Source: the human T2T-CHM13v2.0 reference genome, Homo sapiens
Length of the DNA: 64,000 nt
Strand: one strand, 5' to 3'
Assembly: GCF_009914755.1 (NCBI RefSeq)
Contig: NC_060930.1
A program made the position numbers and the translations under genes. Below are positions 28,431-42,333 of this stretch, one piece after another. Below the pieces are notes generated by a model that was not told the origin of the DNA, searched no databases, and saw only the letters and a list, made by a program, of their open reading frames with translations. The stretch's first letter is position 1. Every line of letters begins with the position of its first letter.

Positions 28431-29739
28431 ATTATATAATGTCATGCAATGAATAAGCCAAAGAATACTACACTGAATAAAGTTCTCCTAATATCCATAA
28501 TTTTTGAAACTACTGCCATAATGTAAAACAAAAACAAAAACACCTTCCTAAGGCAGCATTAGAAAGCTTCATCAGCCACATTCGATTTAGATGAAAACAT
28601 GATACCATCCCTGGTTATCCCTGAGTTTCTTCTATGCAGTGAAAAGAGACAGGATGGAGAACACAGCACCATGTATTTTTGCTGTAAAAATGCTTATTTT
28701 GTCTCTCAAAATAAATTTGAATTTGGAGGTCAAAACTCATGACAGATGAATAAAGAGAGAGAGAGGTAGAGAGATACTACATGATGTTTATCACAGGTTA
28801 GTCACCATTATAAATAATGTTCCAATAAACTAATTTTACCAAAATAGGTTTAGTGGAAAGGTAAGTAGAATAAGTAGAAAACGGACTGCTGACAATTGAG
28901 GTGTAAATATATTCTGGGAAAATCAGGACAGTGACCACAGACTTTTCTTGCTGATAGTTTGACTGCAACAGGAAAGAGTAGGAAATTGAAGGAAAAATAT
29001 TTAAGGTGTTTTTTTTTTCCTATTTTTGTCTTAATGGAAAAACATTGGAGCCTGTTTATTTCAATGCAAAGAAACAAACATGAGTTACCAAGTAGCTTCC
29101 AAGAGGAGATTAAAAGAGTCTGGGATAAAATAAAACCAAGGAAATGACTTAGACTTCAGAGAGGCAACTTTTGTCCATCTCAAGGAAAATAGAAAATATC
29201 CATGAGTTCAAGGGTAGATGAATTCATAAATGAGAGGTATATGAAATTCAGCAAGTTGGTGTCTGTTTTCATTTTATATACTATGGATAATGTGGATAAA
29301 ATGATATACAAAAGACTTGAGAGCATAGTGAAAGTCTGTAGTCACCACCAAAGGGACTAATGAAGACTGATTCATGACCTGTAATCAAATTGCCAAGTAG
29401 TGTTGAACTAACAGCAGATATTGGAAATCATGAATTTCTAATGACTCTAGCATTTTTGTTGTGTAGTCTTTTTCTTTGGCATCTCTTAGAAGTGTAGGTA
29501 TGGGAACAGAACAAGTAATTATAACAATGGGATTGATTTATTAGTAGCAATTTGCTATGTGGGTCCAGGAAAAGGCAAAATGAGCATGGTAGTTGAACAT
29601 GCAGAAAGAGAATATGTAAACACTGGAGAATTTGGTGAAGAAAGAAAGGAAGAGAAGTCAGGAAAGGACTAATTTGGAAAACAGATAACATAATAATAAA
29701 ATAATGATGATATGAATAGTATGATTAATGTGAATAGGT

Positions 29740-29905
29740 AAGAATCATTTGATAATTACTGTGTGCTAGGAAATGTTCTTATTGGTCTTGTTGAATCCTC
29801 ATAGCAAACATATAAAGCTGATATCATTATCTAACATTTTACAGAGTTAACTGAAGCACAAAGAATTAAGTAAACAGCCCATGAGCACTCAGAGAGCAAG
29901 TGATT
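29740..29905 (-). mobile_element. MIR
   Basis: tactgtgtgctagg..aatcctcatagcaa..cattttacagag..actgaagcacaaagaattaagtaa..gccc. Confidence 0.7.
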
Positions 29906-31719
29906 AAAACAAGCTAAAGCAAATGAATGTCAAAATGTCTTTGAAAATATGGTGAACTGAAAGTCAATGAATAAAAAAATCAAAAGATATGATGTTAAGT
30001 GTCAGGTGGAATATTAAAGTCTAAAACTTTGAGAGCAGAGAATTTCAGTTGATAAGATACATACATACTCAAGGAATTGTGTTGGTAAAATAGAAAGCAT
30101 TAATTATTCAGATGCATAACAATTGTTTTGAACCCTAAAATTAAAAAACAATTTATGGTAACTGCTGATAAGAGGATGTAAAAAAAAAATCTGTCTCCTC
30201 TTTCTTATTCTCTCAGCTCAAGCCAGGTATCTGAGGGGTTTTTCCTCAATTTGTCTGTTTGTTTGTTTTTTTCTAATGGCTCTCTTTAAAACAAATTTTA
30301 TCAGGTAAACATCATCTGCATTTGGCCTCATCATAAGGAATGTGTAGGGGGGCATTCTTATTTAAGTCTAATAAGATAAAAAGATAACATTGGCAGTATC
30401 AAGAAATCATGAGTGGTAGGTGGAAGAAAGTTCATTTTAGAATTATGTTTCTTGGACTAATAGTTGGCATTCACATGTAAAAAGAAGAACCACTTATTAA
30501 AGTCTTCAGAGCCCAAGAAAATGGTCAGTAGGTGGATGGTAATCAAGAAGTGTGGTGATTGGTAAATAAGATAACAAGGGATGGAAGCAGAATACCTTGA
30601 AATCAATAGTGGGAGTAGTCTGAAAACCATCTATTTGTAGCCACGCTTTTATTATATGGTGCCAATACACTACACAGCCCAAGGGAAGCAGTGCCCACAC
30701 AGAAGAGCCTGAATTTGGTTAAGGCAAGGGAGTAGTGAAAATATTCTTCCAAAAAACAAAAAAGTAAGAGAACATTATTTAATGATTGAATGTGGTATTT
30801 TCATAGTACCTAGGGAAAGTGGGGATGCACTTAAAAATGTGAGATAAAAGTTGACTAGAGAAACAGTTAGAGAATCTCACCCAAATACAGATCTGATCAT
30901 CTGTATATTTATGTGATCCTTCTCTAGGAATGTTTCCTGTTCAGTAGAAATGAGGAAGCAGGTAAGTAGGAAAAATAACTACATTTTTTGAAGATGACCA
31001 AGCATGACAGAAATCAAAATTATAAAATTAATCAGTCCAATGTTTTTTGCTTTTAAAAAATTGTACAATGTCCTTTTTTCAGTGAAATCAATGAAGGCTC
31101 TGAGTATTGTATTATGTCTGATTGTTCAAAGCATTCTCATACCTGTAGGAATGCTGAAAATCAAGTCAAGAAACCAGGTCCTGGTAAATACTAACCATTA
31201 CCCTAGAGCAATAAGTGGAGATTTGAAACATACCCAACACTGGTACAAAAGTCGCTAACTTTTGCACTACATTTTTCATGCACTCTTAAAAATGCACTGT
31301 AGTTTGTTATTAAACATGAAAGTAATGACCAAATCTGTACTTTACATTTGTGAGGATAGATTTAGAGTAATTTACCAAGACTCAATCATGGATGCAAATC
31401 TGCAGTCTGTGATATGCATAAATGACATAGTGAGCCATTTGTTAAACAAAAATCAACAATAGCTTCATTACCATCATGTGCTTAACACTTGGGTTATCCA
31501 GACACAGATTTCCTTTTATTTAATAAGTAAATTTATTATTTTATCGATATTTTCAAGGGTCATAAATAAAGATGAGATTTAATTATATGAGTAATACATC
31601 CTTGGACATCTAGCTTTTCTCCTGGCTATAAAAGACTGGTGAAATACTGGGCACAAGGTCACCCCTGAGTTGTAATACTATTTATTTGACTTGTCAACTA
31701 TGTGATTATAGGCTCCTGC

Positions 31720-31845
31720 ACTCACCTAAGCTATGAGGCAATATTAGTACCTATTCTATAATAGGTATCATAATAAAGTGATAAATATAAATTGTAAAGC
31801 ATCATATCTGGTACATGGGAGGCTCACAATTAATGCTATTTGATA
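31720..31845 (+). mobile_element. MIR 3' fragment
   Basis: tagtaccta..gtaaagca..tctggtacatgggaggctcacaattaatgctatt. Confidence 0.5.
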
Positions 31846-32198
31846 TCATTATTAATGTTATTTTCCTAATTTATTCTGGGTGTGGCTAGAGAAATCCCAG
31901 CAAAATATAAGCCATGTCACAAGCCCCCTTACGAACTCTACTTGACTTTGTGTATTGTTAGATGGACGTGGATGCCCAAGGAAGACACTCAATGGTTGAA
32001 AAATTCACCAGACCTCAGAAAGAGCAATAAGATCTGTACTTCAGAATACAGTGAAGGGGAACTTTGGAAGCTGTTTACATATGATATCATGGAGTATCAC
32101 AGTATTTTTTTCTGTATTAAAAATGGTGTATAGGTCTTTTTGATTATGTTATTTAAAAAAATGGAAAGGCCTTATTGTTAGCAGAAGACATGAAAATT

Positions 32199-32526
32199 GG
32201 GCTGGGCACAGTGACTAATGACTGTAATCCCAGCACTTTGGGAGGCCAAGGCAGGTGGATCACATGAGGTCAGGAGTTGGAGACCAGCCTGGCCAACATG
32301 GTGAAACCCCGTTTTTACTAAAAATAGAAAAATCACCTGGGCATGGTTGTGGGTGCCTGTAATCCCAGCTACACGGGAGGCTGAGGCAGGAGAATCACTC
32401 GAACCCAGGAGGCGGAGGTTGCAGTGAGCCAAGATCCCAAGATCGCACCACTGCACTCCAGCCTGGGCGACAAGAGCGAAACTCTGTCTCAAAAAAAAAA
32501 AAAAAAAAAAAGAAAAAAGAAAAAAA
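32199..32526 (+). mobile_element. AluS (AluSq-like) with long A-tail
   Basis: ggcgacaAgagcgaaactc (Sq/Sp extra A) with gccaacatggtgaaacc; internal ccaagatc duplication; aaaattg on both flanks. Confidence 0.92.
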
Positions 32527-33199
32527 TTGATCTTCTGTTTGTTCTTACAGTATGCTACAATACAATAATGAATGGTTAGAGTTAACTTCAGTAAATGCAG
32601 AATTCGACCTAGAGAAAAGATTTTTTCATGGTAGGTAATAAACTCATCATTGTGAGAGGTTATAAAGTAAAATAATATGATGCAGATTTAAAAGCAGCTG
32701 CTTAATTAATTACTCAACACAAGCCATGTAATTGCAACCTGAGGCAATTTCATAAAGGGTAAAATTTTTAAAACTGGATATTAATTGTTCTACACAATAC
32801 TATATTCAAAATTTTTGATAAAACCATTAGTGTTGTATAATGACTACAGGAATGTGGAAATATTTACGTAGACTATTACAATGAGTCTAGTTCGCCTTCT
32901 TTGATTATTAGAGAAGGTTAGAAATATTCCCTCTACAAAAGAGATATTTACCCTTTCTTTTATTATTCTCTTCCAGATTACCCTCTCATTAATATCTTTA
33001 GTGGATTATAAGACAGAATGACTGTTAAAACTATTTCCAAACACATGTGTAATTAAACAGCAATAAGGGATTTGTAGGAGAGACTTGCAAAGAAATCTGA
33101 AGAGATTTTTAGAATACAGGCTGTTTAGATCCAGAACATTGGCTTTAGGAAATTCCCTCTTGTTGAGTTCTTCACAATATATATATTTTAAAATGTATT

Positions 33200-33320
33200 A
33201 CCATAGTCTAAATACTTTTTGAGTTGTTGGTGATATGGCTAAGAACAAGACAGAGTTGTTGATCTCTATATAGTTTCCTTTCTAGTGTGCAAGATAGAAA
33301 ACAAATCAACACATAATAAT
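33200..33320 (-). mobile_element. L2 3' fragment
   Basis: ttggtgatatggctaagaacaagacag..tttcctttctagt..gatagaaaacaaatcaa. Confidence 0.4.
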
Positions 33321-34908
33321 TTCAAAGGTACATTTTAGCATCTGATAATTACCAGTCTGATATAGAGAGGTACTTCTAGATAGACATGTTAATATAACTT
33401 TCATTTGAGAATAGAGCATTTTTCAAATATGGGTAAGAAAGCAGTAAATATCCCATCAGTGAATCATATTACACCCATTATATGATAGCTACCTTAGATT
33501 TCATGATCATTTGCTATTTTATGATTAGACATTCTATTCGTCTAATAGACGAATAGAATAGCAACCCAAAGCAAACTAGGCATTATTTACCAAAAAGAAA
33601 ATCATTATTTAGTGAAAGAGAACTTGATCATTTGTCCTAAAACCTAGGAGTTCCTCTTGTGTTTCTCCCATCAAAGTGTGCCACAAGATTTGTAATGCAT
33701 CCTGACCTGGAATGCATACTTCCAGCAAAAATTGAATATATTTAGCTAAAAGGGTCAAAGGACATGGATGCTAGTAATGCAGTCTGAACAACTGTTGGCC
33801 TTTGTCTTGCCAAGGACCCAGCTTGAAACAGGCAGAGTTTAATGTTAGTTGGAAAAGTCCCAGAAATATACCAAACATCTCATATTTTGCATTCAAAAAT
33901 TGATGTAAAATCTACAAAAAAGGCATGCCTGTCTCAGAGATGTAGTGGATATAAAATATATTGACATGTCTTTCATATGATTTTTATCAACGCATTTAAA
34001 GTACCTAAGATTTGCTATACAGAGCCTGTCAGTATATCTTTAAATTTCTCCAGATTTGAATCTCATGTTATACCTCTCAATATATCTATTAGTCATGATG
34101 TCTTTTATCAGGGTAAAATAATTAGCTTATATGCAGACTAAAATTGAACTATAAAATCATATAATTTAGTTAAATGATCTAGAACAGCAGTTGAAATTGA
34201 AATTACCAATTAAACAATAAGAAGCCTATACCAGGACTAAGACAAGCTTCACCTAGAACTTTTACCTCCATTATCAGATCTGAGCAGGAGGATTAAAAAA
34301 TTCTTTTCAAGTCACTTCTGCCTCTGTCAATAAATAGGGGGAGTGTTAGAAATCATTCTTTCTACCTACTAGAACACTTCCCGGCACAACAATCAGCCTT
34401 GAATCTAATGAGGCTAATTAGGCCCTTTAACCCACTTATGTTAGTCATCACAGGAAGGCCCAGAATCCCAAATCATCTGTCATCTTCTGCAAACTAATGT
34501 TTATATGGCTATTTACATTCTTATTTAATAACGCTTCCTCAATTCCTAAAATCCTTCAACCACTCTTCGACTTCTGAAACATGTCAAGTAGAACCCTATT
34601 TAATACCACTATTTCCTTCCCCATCTCCTAAAACTCTGGAAATTATTCATACATCATCATCATCAAACTCTTCCCTAAGTATTTTCTATACCTTCTTGTT
34701 CTAAAGAAAATCTAATTTTTCCCTCAGGACTCTGATTTCTCTTCAGGGACCCACAAATCTCAGGTCTCCACCTGTCTATAGGTATGGTATGTGTCCTCCT
34801 TAATTCTTGCTGATGATTTCATACAACTCTCCTTCTTTTATCCCTAAAGCTCCAAGTTTTAAATGTCATGACATCAAATTAGATCATTAAACAAATTTTA
34901 TTATTGGT

Positions 34909-34909
34909 C

Positions 34910-34944
<35 letters not shown>

Positions 34945-34953
34945 TATGACAGC

Positions 34954-34985
<32 letters not shown>
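34909..34985. repeat. (TA)n(CA)n compound microsatellite
   Basis: Two TA runs and one CA run. Confidence 0.85.
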
Positions 34986-34987
<2 letters not shown>

Positions 34988-35365
34988 TTAGTATGTTAGT
35001 TATTTATCAATGATTTTATCACCTGCTCACATACTATATTCTATATGATTTCTGTTAAATTTTTTTGTTATTTCAAAATATACAGTCTTTCCAAAGGCCC
35101 TGGCTTCTCATGCCTTTGCACTTCTTTCCCCTACTGAACTCATTTTTCTCTCTGTCTCAGTTGCTCATAGAAATATCTTATACTATGCTATCATCAAGAA
35201 CTGAAAACACTTCATAATCTAATTTCCAAGTCTCCCAGATTCTGAGCACCAAAGAACAGCGCACTTTCTCTATAACTCAAAAAAATCCTTTGACATTAGA
35301 TGACTCCAATCCATGGATCCTTTTCTATTTGATGCCCTTTCCCCCATTTTTAACAAACTAAAATT

Positions 35366-36745
35366 GTATGGTCCTATCAGCTGAACTTTATCAACTCCTA
35401 AATTTATATGTTGAAGCCCAAATCCCCAATACTTCAGAATTTGATTGTATTTGGAGATGGGACTTTCAAAGAAGTAATCAAGAAATTGTTAAGCAATAGG
35501 AACTTCAACATCTGAAAAATTCTCAGCCTACCCATATTTCAAAAAATGATAAAGTTTGTTCTGGAGAGAACACCAAGGATATAAGTGTACAATCAATCAC
35601 TCAGTAGATTACAGATGTGACTCATGGATCTGTTCAGTCACTTCAGCAGAATCCAGGAAAAGAGTTGGGGTTATACAAGCATAAATACTTGCCAGCCTAG
35701 ACAAAAAGAGACCAAAAGGGACAAAATGTAGCAAGAGTATCAGACTTCTGGGATCCTACAGGATGGGACAATAGAGCTATCTGGCTGTGAATATGCCTTA
35801 TCCTTTAAGAAATGAGAAGAATTAACCCCAGAGGTAATTTAGAGATTATGAGGGCTGCTAATTCTACCCTTGATTTAGAGAGCAGCGGCTTAAGGGGGTG
35901 AGGTTGACCCCTTCTTAGTTTCAGTGACCCAGGCTACCCTTGTCCTGGGCTGCAGGCATGGGGCTGCTACCCTGGCAGGCCTAAAGGACAGAGTGTTGGG
36001 TTAAAGAGGATTATTTTCAAACCTTAAAATCGAATGGAATTTGCCCTGCTAGGATTTGAACTTGCTTGAGACATAGGACTTATTTCTTCTTTCCAATCTC
36101 TCACTTTTGAAATGAGAATGTCACTTCTATATCCGTCCCACCATTATAGTTTGAAAGCAGAAAACTTGTTCAGTTTCACAAGTTCACACCTGGAGAAGAA
36201 TTTTGCCTCAGGATGAATCATAACTTGAGTCTCATCCACACTTGATTTAAATTAGATTTTTGGGACTTAGAATGAGTGCTGGAATTGCTGAAGACTTTTG
36301 AACTATTGGGATAGGAGTGAATGCATTTTGTATGTGAGACTTTTGGGGGCTCAAAATGGTGAGTGCTATGGGCTAAATTGTGTCTCCCTTCCAATTCATA
36401 TATTGAAGCCCTAACCCCCAGAACTTCAGAATGTGACTGCATTCGGAGATAAGGCCTTTAAAAAGGCAATATGATCAAATTAATTCCGTTTGACTTGTGT
36501 CCATGTAAAAGGAAATTTGGACACACAAGAGACACCAGGGATGCATGTGCACAAGGAAAAACTATGTTAGAACACAACGAGAGGGTGGCTATCTGCAAGT
36601 CACGAAGAAAGGCCTCAGGAGAAGTCACACAGGTGACACCTTGGTCTTGGATTTACAGCCTCCAGAAATATGAGAAAAGAAGATGTTCTGTGGTTTAAAC
36701 CACTCAGTCTCTGTCATTTTTTTATGGCAGTCTTATCAAAAATAA
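35366..36745 (+). mobile_element. MaLR MLT1B-like provirus remnant: partial 5' LTR, internal segment, 3' LTR (~36364-36745)
   Basis: atatgttgaagcc..aatacttcagaat.tga.tgtatttggagat occurs at ~35407 and again at ~36399; MaLR-int-like sequence lies between; the LTR ends with ccactcagtct..ttatggcag. Confidence 0.75.
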
Positions 36746-37284
36746 TTGACCTATGTCAATTTATTAAAATGTCTTTCTTTCACGCACTTTCTTCTCTCTT
36801 TCCTCCTCATATTTTATCATATTTGCTTTGCAGAACCACAACTCTGTAAAATTCAATGCCTGTCTATTCTACACATATAACATACATCTGGGTATATCTG
36901 GAGGAAAAAAAATCATACAAAACCATATTGACTGGTCTTGCTTTGAAACCAAAACCACAGATATCAACTGAGCCCTTAATTGCATTGCAATTATACCATA
37001 ATTCCCTAATGCATTGACTTTTACACTTGGTTAAGAGATTATTTTACATGTTTTTTTCTTATCTCAAAGTTCTAACACTTAAATATCCTTATTCTGATTA
37101 AGATGTTTTTTCTTCCTTTATTGAAAATTTTGAAGCAATCAAAACAATTTCCACCATTATCCATCCCTTTATCTCCTCATCTATCAGAATCTATACTCAA
37201 ATGTGCAGATTTCCCATCTGTTATAAATGATTTCTGCTCATGTCAGAATATAATTCTTCCGCTTAAAAAATAAAATTATATGTT

Positions 37285-37970
37285 CATTATAGCTTTGTTT
37301 TTAATAGGCTCTAATTTTTTAGAACAGATTTTGATTTACAGAAAAAAATGTGTAGAAATTACAGAGTTCTTATATACCCACTATTCACCTCCTCACAATT
37401 CTTGCTAACATCTGGAATTAGTATGGTACATTTATTACACTTGATGAAACAATATTGATACGTTGTTATTAAAGCCAATAGTTTAAATTAGAGTTCACCT
37501 TTTGAGTTATACAGTTCTGAGTGTAAACAAATGCATAATATTCTGTATGTGCATTACAGTGTCATACATAATGTCTTAGTTGCTTCCAACTATTGGCAAT
37601 TATGAGTAAAACTGTTATAAACATTCATGTGTAAGTTTTTGTGTTCACATAAGTTTTCACTTCACTTGGGTAAATATCTAGGAGCAAGATTCCTAGATCT
37701 TATATTAAGCCTATGCTGAGCTTTGTAGAAACTGCCAGATTATCATTCAAAGTGGCTGTTCCTGCCAGCAAAGAATTAATGTTCCTGATGTTTCCAATCC
37801 CAATCAGCATTTGATGTTGTTAAAGTTTTGGATTTTAGCAATTCTAATAGTTGTGTCATGGGATCTTGTTTTAATTTCCAATTCTTCAATGATACATGTT
37901 GAACATCTTTTTATATGCTTAATTGCCATCTACATATCTTCTTTGGTGAGATGTCTGTTCACATCTTAAT
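37285..37970 (-). mobile_element. L1MC/MD 3' region
   Basis: ttttagaacagattttgatttacagaaaa..acagagttc, aaacattcatgtgtaagtttttgtg, gaaactgccaga..caaagtggctg. Confidence 0.75.
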
Positions 37971-38847
37971 CTTTGTACTTTTAAATTAACTCTTACTTGC
38001 TTTTTCTACTCATAAAACATTATCTCTGTAATTCATAATTTCTTTATTTTATTTTTTATTTGCTCTGTATACAATTATCTCTCTCATAAAAGAGTAATAT
38101 TAATTTTTCATGCTAAAAAAATTTATCTTTTTTTACATACACCGGTAGATGCCCCATTTTTTGTTCCCCTTTGCATCTCCCTTTTGCCTATCCCCTCATT
38201 TTCTCCAAATTTATAACAATCAATCTTTTGCCCCACTATTTCAGTATAAATACTATTTAGAACTCTATGTGCTATATCAAATGGCTGGTTCCAAATAGTT
38301 TTCATTTAGTATATCAAAATCATTTTACAGAACCTACTATTTCCTGTCTTGAAAAATTTTCTTCACCTGGCTTTCAATAAATGTGATAAATGCAGTTCTA
38401 CCTCATTAGTTGTTCCTTCTGAACCTCCTTTGTAATTTTTTCTCTCCCTTATCTTAATGTTGTAATGCACCATGACTCAGTCCTTGATCACCATTTTTTC
38501 TTCATGTACATTTCATTCTTTGGTGAGTGCATCTAATCTCACGATATTGATTACTATCTATTTGCTGATGACTCCTAAATTTATATTTCTCGTCAGATTT
38601 CCCTCTTTCTTAAATTCCACATTCATAAATCCAACTGCCAGTTGAATATCATTTCATGAATTTTAATATGCATTTCAAAATTAGCAAGTCCATCATTGAT
38701 TACCTGGTCTTTCTTCTGTAGTCTGCCCACCACAGTCTTCATATTATAAGTAGAAAATACATTCAACTTCCCAGTTGTTAACAGTAAAGACCTTGGATTT
38801 ATTACTTATCATCCAAACAGAACTTTGGTTACTAGAGGGTGCATCAT

Positions 38848-39060
38848 AAATAATTAAATTATATATATATAATTATATATAGATATTATATGTAATTATA
38901 TACATTATATATAATTATATATAAATATTATACATAATATATAAATAATATATATTATAAATAATATATTATCATATATTTATAAATATTATATCTAGTA
39001 TTATTTATATATTATACTATATTATATATAGCCAGATAGCTATTTAATGTTTATATACTA
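38848..39060. repeat. AT-rich low-complexity tract
   Basis: TA/TAAT/TTA degenerate repeats. Confidence 0.85.
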
Positions 39061-39179
39061 AAATTATTTATCATTTTGATGAATCTATAAAACAATTATA
39101 TTACAAACATTTTAAAAATAAATGTTTTTCAATAAAAAAATAATAGATCTAAAAACATCACTTGAGGAAATCATCTTTA

Positions 39180-39557
<378 letters not shown>

Positions 39558-39899
39558 TTATAGTGCCATATCTTGGCTCTGCACCATGATTTTATCTTCA
39601 GGCTCACATATCCCACTCCCTCCTAAATATCCCTGCAATCATAGTTACCAGGTTGCCACATATGAAGAGGAACATCTACATCTGAAGATTGCCTTCTCTT
39701 TCAGTATTCCCCGGATATCCTGGACTTCACCCGGATGCAGGGACACGATAAGAATTTGCATTGTCTTCCATTGGGTGGAGGTGTTTTTCAAGGTGAATAA
39801 AGAATAAATTGTATGTTTGGAAATCAGAAGAGTAGCTGTGTAAACCACTAGCTACTTAAACCCATTTGCTACTAAAATTCAGTGATGAAAAAAATTCTG

Positions 39900-40099
39900 A
39901 TTTTATACACAAAATGCTAATCTATGATGTTACAACTCAGGTAGTGCTTCCCTTGTGGGGAAGTTTCTGACTGGTAATTACCCAATTAAGACTTCTGTGT
40001 TGCTAACAGCATTTGGCTTCTTGATATATGTGCTAGTCACTTAGTCATAATCAGTTTGTTTAAATTCACTAAGCTATAACTCTTATGATTTGTACATTT

Positions 40100-40136
<37 letters not shown>

Positions 40137-40155
40137 CAACTATATTTATTTTAAA
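39900..40155 (+). mobile_element. L1ME-type 3' end with (TA)n
   Basis: aatctatgatgtta..caggtagtgcttccctt..aaattcactaagctat..cttatgatttgtacatttt. Confidence 0.55.
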
Positions 40156-40159
40156 TGTT

Positions 40160-40960
40160 AGAAGTATTAGCTTTGTGCATTGAGAAGGCTTAGGAAAACA
40201 TTAAAAAGGAGCAATAATCACCCTAGCTCTCAGGTTGTGGCCTATAGAAACAACATTCTACTATATGAAATCAAGGTTCCTTAGAGAAATGGCTGATTTT
40301 AGATCTACATCATAATATGTACCAGATAAACATGAAAAAAAAGTCGTTGTATTAGATAGCAGGGAAACCAAAAAAAAAAAAAAAAAACTCCTAGAGTCAC
40401 GTCAAAAGTTCAAGAAGTCAACTTGAAGAGGCTCCCACTGATCAAAGATAGTACTACTGGAGCATCAAAAAAGAGTAAGTGTCATGGATCAAATACATTA
40501 AATATGTTTAACAGTTTTAGTCGTAATAATTCTAAAAGCAACATCAACCAATTGGTCAATGTTGGAGGATTCAAGAAAAATAGCTAATTGTTTTTAAAAT
40601 TTGTAAATAAAAAGGCCAGGCGTGGTGGCTTACGCCTGTAATCCCAGCACTTTTGGAGGCCGAGGCAGGTGGATCACCTGAGGCCAGGAGTTCGAGACCA
40701 GCCTGGCCAACATGGCAAGACCTTGGCGCTACTAAAAATGCAAAAATTAGTTGGGCATGGTGGTGCGTGCCTATAATCCCAGCTACTCAGAGACTGAAGC
40801 AGGAGAATTGCTTAAACCGGGACACGGGAGTCAGAGGTCGCAGTGAGGCGAGATCATGCCACTGCAGCACTCCAGCCTGGACTACAGAGCGAGACTCTGT
40901 CTCAGAAAAAAAAATTGTAAATAAAAAGATCTTTTCTTTTAAAGACTGTACACCTATATA
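40160..40960 (+). mobile_element. L1MD/MC-type 3'UTR fragment, split by an Alu and resuming after the composite L1
   Basis: ggttccttagagaaatggctgatt..caacttgaagaggctcccactg..gagcatcaaaaa. Confidence 0.6.
40614..40913 (+). mobile_element. AluS
   Basis: Dimeric Alu; TSD ttgtaaataaaaa at 40601-40613 and 40915-40927. Confidence 0.92.
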
Positions 40961-42333
40961 GATTGATTGCTGGCAAGATGGCCAAATAGGAACAGCTCTG
41001 GTCTGCAGCTCCCAGTGAGAGCAACTCAGAAGGCAGGTGATTTCTGCATTTCCAACTGAGGTACCTGGTTCATCTCATTGGGACTGATTGGACAGTGGGT
41101 GCAGCCCAAGGAGGGGGATCCAAAGCAGGGTGGGGCATTGCCTCACCTGGAAGCCCAAGGGGTTGGGGAACTCCCTCGCCTATCCAAGGGAAGCCTTTAG
41201 GGACTGTACCATGCACTTCAGCCAAGGTACTGCGCTTTTCCCAATGTCTTCACAACCTGCAGACCAGGAGATTCACTCTGGTGCCCATGCCACCAGGGCC
41301 CTGGTTTCCAGCACAAAACTGGGTGGCCGTTTGGGCAGACACTGAGCTAGCCACAGGAGTTTTGTTTTGATTTGTTTTGTTTTGTTTCAATACCCCAGTG
41401 GCGCCTAAAACACCAGCAAGACAGAACCATTCACTCCCCTGGAAAGGGGGCTGAAGCCAGGGAGCCAAGTGGTCTGGCTCGGTAGGTCCCACCCCCATAC
41501 AGCCCGGAAGCTAAAATCCACTGGCTTGAAATTCTCGCTGCTATCACAGCAGTCTGAGCTTGACCTGGGACGCTTGAGCTTGGCTCAACCTGGGACTCTT
41601 GAACTTGGTGAGGGGAGGGGCTTCCGCCATTGCTGAGGCTTGAGTAGGCAGTTCTACCCTCACAGTGTAAACAAAGCCGCCAGGAAGTTCGAACTGGTCA
41701 GAGCCCACTACAGCTCATCAAGGCCACTGCAGCCTGACTGCCTCTCCCGGTTCCCTCCTCTCTGGACAGGGCATCTCTGAAGAAAAGGCAGCAGCCCCAG
41801 TCAGGGACTGATAGATAAAATCCCCACCTCCCTGGGACAGAGCACCTGGGGGCGGGCGGTTGGGGGCCCAGCTTCAGCAGACTTAAACATCCCTGCCTAG
41901 AATCTCTGAAGAGAGCAGCGGATCTCCCAGCACAGTGTTCAAGCTCTGATAAGGGACAGACTGCCTCTTCAAGTGGGTCCCTAACCCCCATGTATCCTGA
42001 CTGGGAGATATGCCCCAGTAGGGGCCAGCGGACACCTCATACAGGAGAGCTTTGGTTGGCATCTGGCAGGTGCCCCTCTGGGACAAAGATTCCAGAGGAA
42101 GGAACAGGCAGCAATCTTTGCTGTTCTGCACCCTCTGCCAGTGATACCCAGGCAAACAGAGTCTGGAGTGGACCTCCAGCAAACTCCAGAAGACCTGCAG
42201 CTGAGGGGCTTGACTGTTAGAAGGAAAACCAACATAAAGGAATAGCATCAACATCAACAAAAAGGACATCCACACAGAAACCCCATCCAAATGTTAGCAA
42301 CATCAAAGACCAAAGGTAGATAAAGCCATGAAG

